64,000 nucleotides of DNA from Candidatus Heimdallarchaeota archaeon (GTDB taxonomy: Archaea > Asgardarchaeota > Heimdallarchaeia > Heimdallarchaeales > Heimdallarchaeaceae): the NCBI GenBank assembly GCA_016840095.1, contig JAEOSZ010000040.1, positions 42,194 through 106,193 on the forward strand, given 5' to 3'. Numbering within the stretch: the stretch's first letter is position 1; each line of letters starts with the position of its first letter. Below are positions 40,639 through 50,368 of the stretch, in pieces. Position numbers and translations under genes: made by a program. The notes below the pieces were generated by a model. It saw nothing but the letters and a program-made list of their open reading frames with translations, was not told the origin of the DNA and searched no databases.

Positions 40639-41595
40639 CTATGGAACAATTCTAGTTCCTGTTTCACCTTTCAAAGCACGACCTATGTTTTCAGGATTGG
40701 TGATTAAAGCTTCTTTGCCACCCTGTTCTAAAAATCCAACAATAGCTTTAATTTTTGGTTCCATAGATCCTTTTGCGAAGTGAGTTCCTTCATCAAGATA
40801 TTTCTTTGCTTCTGCAACTGTCATTTGGTCTATATCAACTTGATTTGGTTTACCAAAATTCAAAGCAACTTTTTCAACAGCAGTTGAAATCAATAGCATA
40901 TCAGCATCAATCTTATTAGCTAGGAATGCTGATGCAAAATCCTTGTCAATAACAGCTGCAGTTCCAATGATTCCATCATCTGTTTGAATAACAGGAATAC
41001 CACCACCACCTACAGTAATTGTGATTACACCTGCAGCAATCAAAGCTTTAACAGCTTCCAATTCCATTATCTCTACTGGTAATGGGGAAGGTACTACTCT
41101 ACGCCAACCACGACCTGAATCTTCAACAACATTCCACCCTAATGATTCCTTTCTTTGTTCTGCTTCATCTGCTTCCATGAAAGTTCCTATAGGTTTAGTA
41201 GGTTTTAGAAAAGCAGGATCAGTAGGATCTACTCTGACTTGAGTAACCACTGTAGTTACTGGTTTGACTATTCCTCTTATTTTGAGCTCGTTCTGGATAT
41301 TTTGCTGCAATGCATATCCTATAGCACCTTGACTATCAGCTCCACAAACATCAAGAGGTAATTCATGCATACCTTCAACCTTATGAGCAATTTCACTTCG
41401 GCGTAGAATGAATCCAACTTGAGGTCCATTACCATGACCTATAGCAATATCCCATCCTGCTTCAATCATATCTACCATGTGATATGCAGTTTCTTTGGCA
41501 GCTTTGTATTGGTCTTGTACAGTTTGATGTTGCTTATCTTTTATTAGTGAATTACCACCTATAGCAACAACTGCTACTTTCTTTCCTTCAGACAT
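40639..41595 (-). CDS. arcC: Carbamate kinase
   Basis: AIGGNSL, HGNGPQVG, PTKPIG, GWRRVVPSP, GGGGIPV, AVIDKD, GSMEPK. Confidence 0.93.
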   Translation of the reverse strand: MSEGKKVAVVAIGGNSLIKDKQHQTVQDQYKAAKETAYHMVDMIEAGWDIAIGHGNGPQVGFILRRSEIAHKVEGMHELPLDVCGADSQGAIGYALQQNIQNELKIRGIVKPVTTVVTQVRVDPTDPAFLKPTKPIGTFMEADEAEQRKESLGWNVVEDSGRGWRRVVPSPLPVEIMELEAVKALIAAGVITITVGGGGIPVIQTDDGIIGTAAVIDKDFASAFLANKIDADMLLISTAVEKVALNFGKPNQVDIDQMTVAEAKKYLDEGTHFAKGSMEPKIKAIVGFLEQGGKEALITNPENIGRALKGETGTRIVP

Positions 41596-41709
41596 CGGTA
41601 TCACATTCCTTCAATTATGTAGTTTAAATATTTCGTTTTAGGACTAACTGAGTTAGGGGTTACTAGAAATTCTTATAATTTCAAAATTAAACCTTACTAG
41701 TTGAATAGA

Positions 41710-42561
41710 ATGTTACATGAATTAGAAGAAAATGAGTTCTACCAAGTTAAAAAACTATTTTCCAGTTTAGCTGAACATCAATTAATGTTGGTTTCAGTGT
41801 TAGAAGGAAACCAATATGGTAGGATATTTGTTGATGATAAAGAAAATCCTGGTTCTGGTTTTGTTCATCTAGGAAAAGTTTTTTTCTTTTTTGCGGGATC
41901 TTCAAAAAACAATGAATTCAATTGTGATTTGAAAGAAATTCTCGGAAATGATATATTTCCAAATTATAAGGAAGACTACAAATATATCTTTATGTTCTAT
42001 GAACAAGAATGGAGGGATGCAATCAAAGATATATTTGACGGAAAAGTATCGACTGGAGAGGAAGTATACCACACTTTAAGTAGAAATGAAAGGAAAGAAT
42101 GGAATTCTACTTTATCACAAGATTTCAGCATTAAAAGAGTGAATAGAGAATTTATTGAAAACAAATCTAATGAAATTCCAGAAGAAATCAGAATTGAATG
42201 GTGGCTTTCAGATAATAAGAACTCGTTAGATGAATTTTATAATAGAAGATTTGCATTTGCAGTAGTTTATCAAGAGAAACTTGTTGTTGGTTTCTGTTAT
42301 TGCAGTTATATCTCAAATAACTTGAGTAGGTGTGATCTTGGGATAACAACAAAATCAGATTTTCAAAGAAAAGGATTAGGGAAGAATCTTTTATTTCATA
42401 CATTAGAACACTGTTGGGAATTAGGAGTCAACACAGTTGAATGGCATACTACAGAAGATAATATTGCAAGTATTAAGTTGGCAGAATCTGCTGGTTTCAA
42501 ATTTAATAGAAAATTACCCATGTGTTTTGGAAACTGGGAGTTAAGTAGACCTAATTCATAA
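41710..42561 (+). CDS. GNAT family N-acetyltransferase
   Basis: FQRKGLG acetyl-CoA motif, NIASIKLAESAGF; N-terminal GRIFVDD-x-ENP. Confidence 0.85.
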   Translation: MLHELEENEFYQVKKLFSSLAEHQLMLVSVLEGNQYGRIFVDDKENPGSGFVHLGKVFFFFAGSSKNNEFNCDLKEILGNDIFPNYKEDYKYIFMFYEQEWRDAIKDIFDGKVSTGEEVYHTLSRNERKEWNSTLSQDFSIKRVNREFIENKSNEIPEEIRIEWWLSDNKNSLDEFYNRRFAFAVVYQEKLVVGFCYCSYISNNLSRCDLGITTKSDFQRKGLGKNLLFHTLEHCWELGVNTVEWHTTEDNIASIKLAESAGFKFNRKLPMCFGNWELSRPNS

Positions 42562-42585
42562 AAGTAAGATTGTGTGATTACTCAT

Positions 42586-42765
42586 TTAATTTAAATGACT
42601 ATTAAAACATCTTCTACATTTGTAACAAAAAGTATCATCTGAGTTTAATTTAATTCCACATACAGGACATTTTTTTTCGTTCATCCTTCTTGTTCTATTG
42701 AAAGTGTCAGTCTTGTAGTTAAGGTTCTGTTCTTTTCTAATCTTTGAAAGATATTTTCTTGCCAA
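42586..42765 (-). CDS. 59-aa zinc-ribbon microprotein (not in ORF track)
   Basis: MARKYLSKIRKEQNLNYKTDTFNRTRRMNEKKCPVCGIKLNSDDTFCYKCRRCFNSHLN*; TTG start with AGAGGAG RBS upstream; CxxCG-x8-FCxxC. Confidence 0.7.
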   Translation of the reverse strand: MARKYLSKIRKEQNLNYKTDTFNRTRRMNEKKCPVCGIKLNSDDTFCYKCRRCFNSHLN

Positions 42766-42912
42766 GTAGTTCTCCTCTTTTCAAATTAAAAAATTTGATT
42801 CAACTATTTCCATTTCAATTATAGAAAAAATACTAATAAATCACTAGATTTTACAAAAATTCTTTTGAAAAATTAAATCTAGAAAAAGAGTTATTGGAGA
42901 AATTTAATTCTC

Positions 42913-43893
42913 CTATTTCATTGTTAGAGCCATAACTGCTTTTTGAGCATGCATCCTGTTTTCAGCTTGATCAAAAACAACTGATTGAGGACCATCCATA
43001 ACTTCACTTGTGACTTCAACATCACGATCAGCAGGTAATGGGTGCATGTAAATAGCATCTTTGTGAGCTAATGCCATCTTCTTTGAATCAGTTATCCAAT
43101 CCTTGTACTTGTCTTGGATTTTCTTACCTTCTTCTGGATCATTAGTTGTTAGTAAAGGTCCCCAAGATTTTGCATAAACTATTTCTGCATCTTTAAAACC
43201 CTCTTCCATGCTGTCGACTACTTCGAACTTACTACCAAACTTATCAGCTTGTTCTTGAGCTTGTTTCATGATTTCAGGCATCAATTTGAATTCAGGAGGA
43301 TGTGCTAAAGTAACATCTAATCCAAATCTAGGCATCTGTAGAATTAATGATTGTGGAACAGAAATTGGTTTCAAGTATGATGAAGCATAAGCCCATGAAA
43401 CCACCATCTTTTTGCCTTTCAAATCACGACCCTTTTTCTCAATGATTGTCATGATATCAGCTAAGCACTGATGAGGATGATAAACATCACACTGCATATT
43501 CAATACTGGTGAGCGAGATGCAGATGCTACATGATTGATGTACTTGTTACCTATACCCCAATCACAGTGTCTAATTGCAATTCCATCAAAATATCTGCCA
43601 AGGATTTCTCCTAGTTCTTTTTCAGTGTCTCCATGAGAAACTTGAGTAGTACGACTCTCCATAAACGCAGCGTGACCTCCTAGCTGTGCCATACCAGCTT
43701 CAAATGAGGCTCGAGTACGTGTGCTGGAGAAGAAGAAAAGCATACAAAGGGTCTTATCTAGAAGAAGAGCATGTCTTTCACCTAGAGCTCTTCTTTTCTT
43801 AAGATCCCAAGCAACATCTAAGATGGTTTCGACTTCTTCTTTGGTGAAATCTAAGTCACCGATTAAATCTCGACCACGTAAATCAGATTGCAT
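42913..43893 (-). CDS. YgeW-like (knotted) carbamoyltransferase
   Basis: SSTRTRASF, HPHQCLAD, SWAYASSYLKPISVPQ (YgeW-type loop), YAKSWG, HPLP, QAENR; probable start ATG 43893 after GGGTGA. Confidence 0.8.
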   Translation of the reverse strand: MQSDLRGRDLIGDLDFTKEEVETILDVAWDLKKRRALGERHALLLDKTLCMLFFFSSTRTRASFEAGMAQLGGHAAFMESRTTQVSHGDTEKELGEILGRYFDGIAIRHCDWGIGNKYINHVASASRSPVLNMQCDVYHPHQCLADIMTIIEKKGRDLKGKKMVVSWAYASSYLKPISVPQSLILQMPRFGLDVTLAHPPEFKLMPEIMKQAQEQADKFGSKFEVVDSMEEGFKDAEIVYAKSWGPLLTTNDPEEGKKIQDKYKDWITDSKKMALAHKDAIYMHPLPADRDVEVTSEVMDGPQSVVFDQAENRMHAQKAVMALTMK

Positions 43894-43900
43894 TAAGTCT

Positions 43901-44857
43901 TCACCCTTCTTCTGCACCTAAAACTAGTGCTATTAGAGCCATTCTCATTACAACGCCGTAAAATCCTTCTTGCCAATAACGAGCCCAACGTGTTTGATCC
44001 ACATCAGGTGGTATATCATCCATACGTGGTAGAGAGTGAAGTAATATAGCATCAGATTTTGCTTTGGTTTCAAGTAGTTCTTTAGTGATTTGGAATTCTG
44101 GTGGAGTTAAAGCAACATCACCATCTCTTTCATCACGAGATTTGGTGTAATCAGGTTGGACAACAGGTTCAACTAGAATGACATCAGCATCTGCAATAAC
44201 CTCTCGAACATCATCAGCTTCAGTGAAGTTCAAACCATTACGTCTGAAATCTTCCTTATATTCTTCTGGCATTGCCATATCTTTTGGTGCGACAAAAGTG
44301 ATTGGACAATCAAACTGAGTAAGTGCATGACCTAGAGAATGCATTGTTCTCATTCTCATATCTCCGACAGCTACCCATTTTAATCCGTCAATCTTTCCTT
44401 TTTCTTTAAGAACTGTATAGAGATCAGTGAGGATCTGAGTAGGATGTTCTCCCCAGCCGTCGCCTCCATTAATTATTGGAATACTTACCCATTTAGATGC
44501 TTCTTGTGGTGCACCTTTTTGGAAGTGTCGCATAACAATAACATCTCCATAATTCTCAAGCATTTTGAAAGTATCCTTGATTGTTTCTTGGTAAAAATCA
44601 CCTGCACGTGTCATTTTAGCATCGGAGAATCCAGTTACTTTACCACCTAATCTTAGCATAGCTGATTCATGAGCTAAACGAGTTCTTGTTGATGGTTGAT
44701 AAAATGCAGTAACCATTATCTTATCTTTCAACAAATCAACATTTTTTCTATTGCGAGCTATAGGTTCTAATTTTCTAGCAACCTCAAATATACGCTCATA
44801 TTCATGACGTTCAAAGTCTCTTAAAGAGATAATATCTCGTCCTTTAAAACTTCTCAT
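43901..44857 (-). CDS. Aspartate-carbamoyltransferase-like protein with altered acceptor site
   Basis: PSTRTR, VMRH, INGGDG-x2-EHPTQ, VGDMRMRTMHSL, HSLPR; lacks the PyrB KGE and RxQ aspartate-binding motifs. Confidence 0.75.
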   Translation of the reverse strand: MRSFKGRDIISLRDFERHEYERIFEVARKLEPIARNRKNVDLLKDKIMVTAFYQPSTRTRLAHESAMLRLGGKVTGFSDAKMTRAGDFYQETIKDTFKMLENYGDVIVMRHFQKGAPQEASKWVSIPIINGGDGWGEHPTQILTDLYTVLKEKGKIDGLKWVAVGDMRMRTMHSLGHALTQFDCPITFVAPKDMAMPEEYKEDFRRNGLNFTEADDVREVIADADVILVEPVVQPDYTKSRDERDGDVALTPPEFQITKELLETKAKSDAILLHSLPRMDDIPPDVDQTRWARYWQEGFYGVVMRMALIALVLGAEEG

Positions 44858-45034
44858 AATTAATTCACCTTAATATTCCAGACTAGTTTCATCTAACATA
44901 GTCTTGTTGCTCTGCCAATACTAGTTTTTGTTTATAAACCTTCTTTTTAGCAACTGAAGATGAGTTTTTGAAGTCTCTCTGTGAGTTTTCAAGAAGAGAT
45001 AACTTTTATTTATGGAGTAGAATATGGTCAAGTA

Positions 45035-46363
45035 ATGAAAGACAATTTCAAGTATGATTTAGGTTTGGTAAACGGCAAAGTGTACATAAATGGTAGTTTC
45101 GTTGCTGTGGATATCTATATCAAGGATCAAGTCATTTCAGAAATTGTCCCTCAAGGAACAGAACTTCCTTGTGAGAATATAGTCAGTTGTATAAGCAAAT
45201 TAATTATGCCTGGATTTATTGATCCACACGTTCATATCAATCTTGACTTGGGAGAATTTAGATCAGCTGATGATTATGAAAGTGCTTCCAAAGCTGCAGC
45301 ATTTGGTGGAATAACCACTTTTATAGATTTTTTAGACCCTATAATAAATGTTGATGAGTTTGAAAATAGATTTGCTCAAAAAATGAAGGAAGCTAAAGAT
45401 TCCTATATCGATTACTCTTTTCACACAACAGTTGGTAATTTTGACGATGATGTAGATAAATTAGTAGCTATTTCTAGAGCCAATGGTATTCCATCAATTA
45501 AGATGTTTACAACTTATTCAGAGAGTAACCGAAAAATATCAAAAGAAAAACTTCAGGAATTCATGAAAAACTCAAGTAAAACAAGTACATTGATTCTTGT
45601 ACATGCTGAAAACGATTACATGATATTGAATGCAGAAGTTGATGATACTTTAGAGCAATATGAAAGATCCAGACCAGCAGAGGCAGAAATACTTGAAATT
45701 GAGAAATTAGTAAGAATTGTGAAGGATATACCAGGAAAGCTCTATATCGTTCATGTAACATGCGGTTCTTCAATAAACCTCATCAAAGAAGAGTGCAAAG
45801 AACTAATCGGAAAGAACATATTCATAGAAAGTTGTCCTCAATATTTCCATTTAACTAAGGATTTATTTGAACAAGATAATGGTAATCTATTTCTCCTTGC
45901 ACCACCTTTGCGATCAGCTGATGAACAACAAAAACTCAAAGAAAACATTTCCTCAATCCAAACAATAGGAACTGATCACTGTCCTTTTACTAAAGAAGAA
46001 AAAATGAGGTACAAAGTTGCAAGTAAAATACCTAAAGGACTAGGAAGTTTGGAGTACAGTTTTTCTCTTATGTATCACCTGTTTGGAGAAGAAATTATCG
46101 ATAAGTTTACAATAAATCCCGCAAAGATTCATAACCTCTATCCAAAGAAAGGTGTAATTCAAAAGGATTCAGATGCTGATTTTGTTATTTTTAGTCCAGA
46201 TAAAACACTGATGATTGATTCAGGCCATTCCAGAACAGATTATAGTCCCTATGAAGATATGCTAATTAATGGTTTAATTGAATCCACAGTTCGAAGAGGA
46301 GAATTTATAGTAAAAAACAGGAAACTAGTAGCAAAAACCAATGGACAATTTATCGAACGTTGA
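45035..46363 (+). CDS. Dihydropyrimidinase/hydantoinase-family amidohydrolase
   Basis: PGFIDPHVH, AAAFGGITT, SIKMF (carbamylated Lys), VHAE, YIVHV, GTDHCPF; probable start ATG 45035 (ORF track 44981). Confidence 0.88.
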   Translation: MKDNFKYDLGLVNGKVYINGSFVAVDIYIKDQVISEIVPQGTELPCENIVSCISKLIMPGFIDPHVHINLDLGEFRSADDYESASKAAAFGGITTFIDFLDPIINVDEFENRFAQKMKEAKDSYIDYSFHTTVGNFDDDVDKLVAISRANGIPSIKMFTTYSESNRKISKEKLQEFMKNSSKTSTLILVHAENDYMILNAEVDDTLEQYERSRPAEAEILEIEKLVRIVKDIPGKLYIVHVTCGSSINLIKEECKELIGKNIFIESCPQYFHLTKDLFEQDNGNLFLLAPPLRSADEQQKLKENISSIQTIGTDHCPFTKEEKMRYKVASKIPKGLGSLEYSFSLMYHLFGEEIIDKFTINPAKIHNLYPKKGVIQKDSDADFVIFSPDKTLMIDSGHSRTDYSPYEDMLINGLIESTVRRGEFIVKNRKLVAKTNGQFIER

Positions 46364-46370
46364 AGATATG

Positions 46371-46438
46371 TTATTTGGGTTTTATTGCAATTCTAAATTC
46401 TGAACTGAACTCTTTTGCTGTTTATGTATTGTGTTAAT
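46371..46438 (-). pseudogene. Older relic copy of Zn-ADH 3' end (1-bp deletion)
   Basis: INTIHKQ-(frameshift)-KEFSSEFRIAIKPK* vs ADH tail INEIHSQLKEFKADFRTVIVP*; 12/21 identical. Confidence 0.75.
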
Positions 46439-46472
46439 AGTTTCGGTTGATATTAGGAGATAAGAAGAAAAA

Positions 46473-47351
46473 CTAATCTCTTACCAGTTCTAAGAAGTCT
46501 ATTACAGTAGGCATAACGGCTGTAACATCGGAATAGAATAAACCATGTCCAACTTCTTCAATTTTCTTGTGTACTACAATTTCAATTTTTTCTTTTGCCA
46601 TTTTAACACATTTATCAGTCATCATTCCACCAAGTTTAGAATCTGCTTGAAGTAATAAAGTTGGGCATTTAATCTTTTGGAGAAACTCAGTACTATCGTA
46701 TATCTTCCATTGTATTCTAAAAGCTTCAATATTACTAGCTCCTGCTTGTGTTTTATGATCTAGTTTAGTAAGGTTTTGAGCTAAGAATAATAACCATGGA
46801 ATGCTCCCTGGTGCATCACCCCAAGCAATTGTTTGATCACTATTTGGGATAGGTATTTGATGTTTGAGTAATTTGCTGAGAAGTGAATCACTTGATTTAT
46901 CTTCCTTCGCCCATTCTGACCAAACCTTGAAGGTACCTGAATTAATTGCAGCTTGTACTTGTTGTTCCATAGATGCAAAATCAATAGTTATATCTCCAAT
47001 GATGATTCCCTTTACTAAATTAGGCATATCAGCTGCTAATAAGAATGCAACAGCAGCACCCATTGAATGACCAAAAATAACTAAGTCTTCTTTAACAATA
47101 TTTTCAACAAATGATTTTGTATCTTCTAAATACATATTGAGTGAATAAGTATCTGTGCGTCCAGAACTCCCATGTCCTCTGAAATCTATTGCATAGACGT
47201 GCCATCTCTGCGTTAGAAAAGGCATAATTGATAGATAACTTTGCCATCTCCAAGAGTTTCCATGAAGAAGCAGAAGAGGTGGACCAGATTTGGGACCTTC
47301 TGCATAATTGAGTTCTACATCTCCTGTGTGATACTTCTTTTCAACTAACAT
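46473..47351 (-). CDS. Alpha/beta hydrolase
   Basis: PLLLLHG, DFRGHGSS, GHSMG, CPTLLLQ, GH. Confidence 0.88.
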   Translation of the reverse strand: MLVEKKYHTGDVELNYAEGPKSGPPLLLLHGNSWRWQSYLSIMPFLTQRWHVYAIDFRGHGSSGRTDTYSLNMYLEDTKSFVENIVKEDLVIFGHSMGAAVAFLLAADMPNLVKGIIIGDITIDFASMEQQVQAAINSGTFKVWSEWAKEDKSSDSLLSKLLKHQIPIPNSDQTIAWGDAPGSIPWLLFLAQNLTKLDHKTQAGASNIEAFRIQWKIYDSTEFLQKIKCPTLLLQADSKLGGMMTDKCVKMAKEKIEIVVHKKIEEVGHGLFYSDVTAVMPTVIDFLELVRD

Positions 47352-47445
47352 AATATTACACTAACTTAGTACAAAATATAAACTTTTACTATACTCAAAT
47401 AATTACCTTTTACTTCATTTTAATGATCAGGGACATGAAATTGAG

Positions 47446-47505
47446 TTAGGGGATTATCACAGTTCTAAAATCTGCTATAAATTTTTTCTGCTGATTATGA
47501 ATATC
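47446..47505 (-). pseudogene. Relic copy of Zn-ADH 3' end
   Basis: DIHNQQKKFIADFRTVIIP* vs EIHSQLKEFKADFRTVIVP* (49216-49275); 13/19 aa, 45/60 nt, no gaps, 6 synonymous third-position changes. Confidence 0.88.
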
Positions 47506-49156
47506 ATCTCTTTCTTTTCTTATAGTGTTTGTTAAGAATAGTTACTACTAATAGTGTAGGAAATAGTAAGAAGAAGCTTAAACTGATATTATTCAATCCT
47601 TCGTTCAGAGGATAAGGATCTGTTGAATTAGATCTACCTTCAATCAAGTATGGTTTTCTCTTATTCCAATTTGACCAATGATTCCCTTGTTTAGTGTTAG
47701 GATCCCACCAGGTGTTATTGTTTCCATCATCCTTGGCTTGAGAAACTCCATCTAGGTTGTTGTCCTTGAAATAATTATGATGAATCAGATTATTATCACA
47801 AAAGGAAGTCAATTGAATACCGTGTTTCTCATTTTCTCGTAGCATAGTGTAGGTAAAAATACAATCATCAGAACCTTCGACATATATTCCAATAGTGTTA
47901 TTATTGCACTTGTTACCAATTAGAATGTTATTATCAGAACCAAGTAGATGAATCCCATAATACTTAATGTTATCACATCTATTATCTGACAGATAGTTTT
48001 CGGTTGATTCTATCAACCAAATCCCATAGTGTGTAGTGTTGCTAAAAACATTTTCAGAAATGAAAATATTGCTAGAATAATATACTCTAACTCCAGCTTC
48101 ATTGTTTTCACAAATATTGTCATGTAATGTAACTTCTTTACATCTTACAATGAAGAAAGCTCTGTCAGTATTTGCTATTATTTGGTTACTTATAGAAACT
48201 TCTGTACAGTTAACTAAAGTAAACTGTCCATAAATTGGTTCAAGAAAGGAATGTTTGTTCAAATTAACAAAAAATCCAAACAGTTTATCATTTACCAAAT
48301 TATCTTCTACTGTATAGGTTAAATATTCTGTAGTATTCCAGTCTTCTATAGCTAACCCATCATTGGTGAAGTTATTGCCTTTTATGATTGAACCTGTACA
48401 CATATCCATTCTATTCATGAATTCATTATCTCTTACAGTATTATTGATTAGTGAAGCAGTTACAGACATGAAAAGATAGAGTCCCCAACGATTATTGTTG
48501 GATATAGTATTGTTTTCCAGTGATAAAAGAGAACAATCCCTTGTATTAACTCCAATATAATTATTTGAATCAAATGTGTTATTTCTTAATGATACCTTGG
48601 AAGAATATTCAATATTGATTCCATCATAAAAATTGTTGGAACATGTATTGTTAACAATAGACACAAATGGAGAAGAATGTATATGGATACCATCTCTGCT
48701 ATTAATACATGTATTGTCTTGAATTACAGCTGCAGGTGCATCAAATATTCTAATTCCAAGGAAGTAATTACCAATACAGGTATTATTGATTATCTTAGTA
48801 TTTGCAATTCCTACTTCTTCAATATTTATTGCAGTTTGATCAGCATTAATATAGCAGTTCCTAATAACAAAAAACATATCAGTAAACTCAATATCGATTC
48901 CATATTCTTGGCTAGTTGATATATAATAGTTCTCTATAATGAATGGATTATTTGAGCTTCCATTTCCAGGAAAACCATAATCAGTGAATGTGCTGTCATT
49001 ATGTATAATAATTGATTCGAAGGGTGTGTAAGATGAAAAATCTTCTTGCATTTTTGTATTAGCATGATTGTATTGAATGTCATTTTGAGAAGAGAAAAGT
49101 GCTATCAATAGAATTAAGAAAAAAACAAAGAAGTTAGGTTTAGTGCTCTTCCTCAT
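47504..49156 (-). CDS. Secreted beta-helix (NosD-like) surface protein
   Basis: Signal peptide, GFPGNGSSNNPFIIENY cap, PbH1 repeats, GNHWS...DPYPL, TM, basic tail. Confidence 0.85.
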   Translation of the reverse strand: MRKSTKPNFFVFFLILLIALFSSQNDIQYNHANTKMQEDFSSYTPFESIIIHNDSTFTDYGFPGNGSSNNPFIIENYYISTSQEYGIDIEFTDMFFVIRNCYINADQTAINIEEVGIANTKIINNTCIGNYFLGIRIFDAPAAVIQDNTCINSRDGIHIHSSPFVSIVNNTCSNNFYDGINIEYSSKVSLRNNTFDSNNYIGVNTRDCSLLSLENNTISNNNRWGLYLFMSVTASLINNTVRDNEFMNRMDMCTGSIIKGNNFTNDGLAIEDWNTTEYLTYTVEDNLVNDKLFGFFVNLNKHSFLEPIYGQFTLVNCTEVSISNQIIANTDRAFFIVRCKEVTLHDNICENNEAGVRVYYSSNIFISENVFSNTTHYGIWLIESTENYLSDNRCDNIKYYGIHLLGSDNNILIGNKCNNNTIGIYVEGSDDCIFTYTMLRENEKHGIQLTSFCDNNLIHHNYFKDNNLDGVSQAKDDGNNNTWWDPNTKQGNHWSNWNKRKPYLIEGRSNSTDPYPLNEGLNNISLSFFLLFPTLLVVTILNKHYKKRKR

Positions 49157-49215
49157 AATGTTCAGCCAGTGTAAAAACTATCACTTAAACAATTATAAGA
49201 TTTTGGTGCTGAGGT

Positions 49216-50262
49216 TTACGGAACAATAACTGTTCTAAAATCAGCTTTGAATTCTTTTAACTGACTATGAATCTCATTTATGTTTTTAGCTTTTAATGGA
49301 ACAGTTTTTGTTACTACTTTATTTAAGTCCAATTTTCCTTGATCTGCAAGATCTAAGATTACAGGAATTTCAGATAGTAAATGGTCAGATACTCCAATTA
49401 TCTCTTTTTCTCTACCAATTACTTGATATGAATCAATACCAAACTTATCAATAGTTATTCCAGCTATTCCTAGTCTTCCAAATCTAGCTAGTGATCTTAC
49501 TCCTTGATTCATTGTAATTGGCAGTCCAATAAGCTCAAGTGCAACATCTACTCCATCATTGGAAGTAAGTTCCATTATTTTTGCAGCAGGTTCATCATCT
49601 TTTGCATTAATTGGAATTGCACCCATTTCCATCGCAGTTTCAAGTTTCTTAGAATCAATATCTACAGCATAAATGTCTCTAGCTCCAAGAGCTTTTGCCA
49701 ATTGTAGAGCAGAAATACCTAAACCTCCTAGTCCAAAGATAGCAATATTCTCTCCTTCTTTGAAACGAGTCTTTCTAAGTGCATGAAGAGATGTTGAAGA
49801 TGAACACATCATTACGGCTGCATGTTCATATGAAATTGATTGTGGAAGTTGAAATAATCCTCTAGGAGGTACCTTAATGTATTCAGCATATCCCCCATCA
49901 ATGTTCTTGCCAATCATTTTTCCTTCTACACAAAATTGTTCAGTTCCTTGAATACAATATCTACATTTTCCACAAGTAACCATATAGTTAAGACATACTC
50001 TATCTCCTACTTTGAAATCAGAAACATTGTTTCCTATTTCTTCTATCTCACCTGCTACTTCATGTCCTAAAGTTATTGGAAGATAATCAACTGAAGAGAT
50101 TCCATCTCTGTAATGAACATCAGAATGACAGATTCCAGCAGCTTTAATTTTGACTATAACTTCTCCCGATTTAGGTTCAGGTTTAGGTACTTCCATGTTT
50201 TCTAAATTTTCTCCTATCTTGACCAATTGAACTGCTCTCATAAATCCTAAATTTCTACTCAT
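49216..50262 (-). CDS. Zn-dependent (MDR) alcohol dehydrogenase
   Basis: GICHSD, LGHEVAG, CGKCRYC-x7-C structural Zn site, GLGGLG. Confidence 0.92.
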   Translation of the reverse strand: MSRNLGFMRAVQLVKIGENLENMEVPKPEPKSGEVIVKIKAAGICHSDVHYRDGISSVDYLPITLGHEVAGEIEEIGNNVSDFKVGDRVCLNYMVTCGKCRYCIQGTEQFCVEGKMIGKNIDGGYAEYIKVPPRGLFQLPQSISYEHAAVMMCSSSTSLHALRKTRFKEGENIAIFGLGGLGISALQLAKALGARDIYAVDIDSKKLETAMEMGAIPINAKDDEPAAKIMELTSNDGVDVALELIGLPITMNQGVRSLARFGRLGIAGITIDKFGIDSYQVIGREKEIIGVSDHLLSEIPVILDLADQGKLDLNKVVTKTVPLKAKNINEIHSQLKEFKADFRTVIVP

Positions 50263-50368
50263 CTTAAAACTCTTTTCGAGATTAGGGAAAAAGTGGCTTG
50301 TTAAGGGCTACAAAACTGTTTTATACCTATTTTTACACTAGAACAATATAAATCTGGGTGTAGTAGAA

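Noticed and set aside
41649-41659. TGAGTTAGGGG shared with 47442-47452 (telomere-like TTAGGG)
   Set aside because: Only an 11-bp match; the 47442 copy is explained by the Pro codon and stop of the ADH relic, and there is no tandem repetition.
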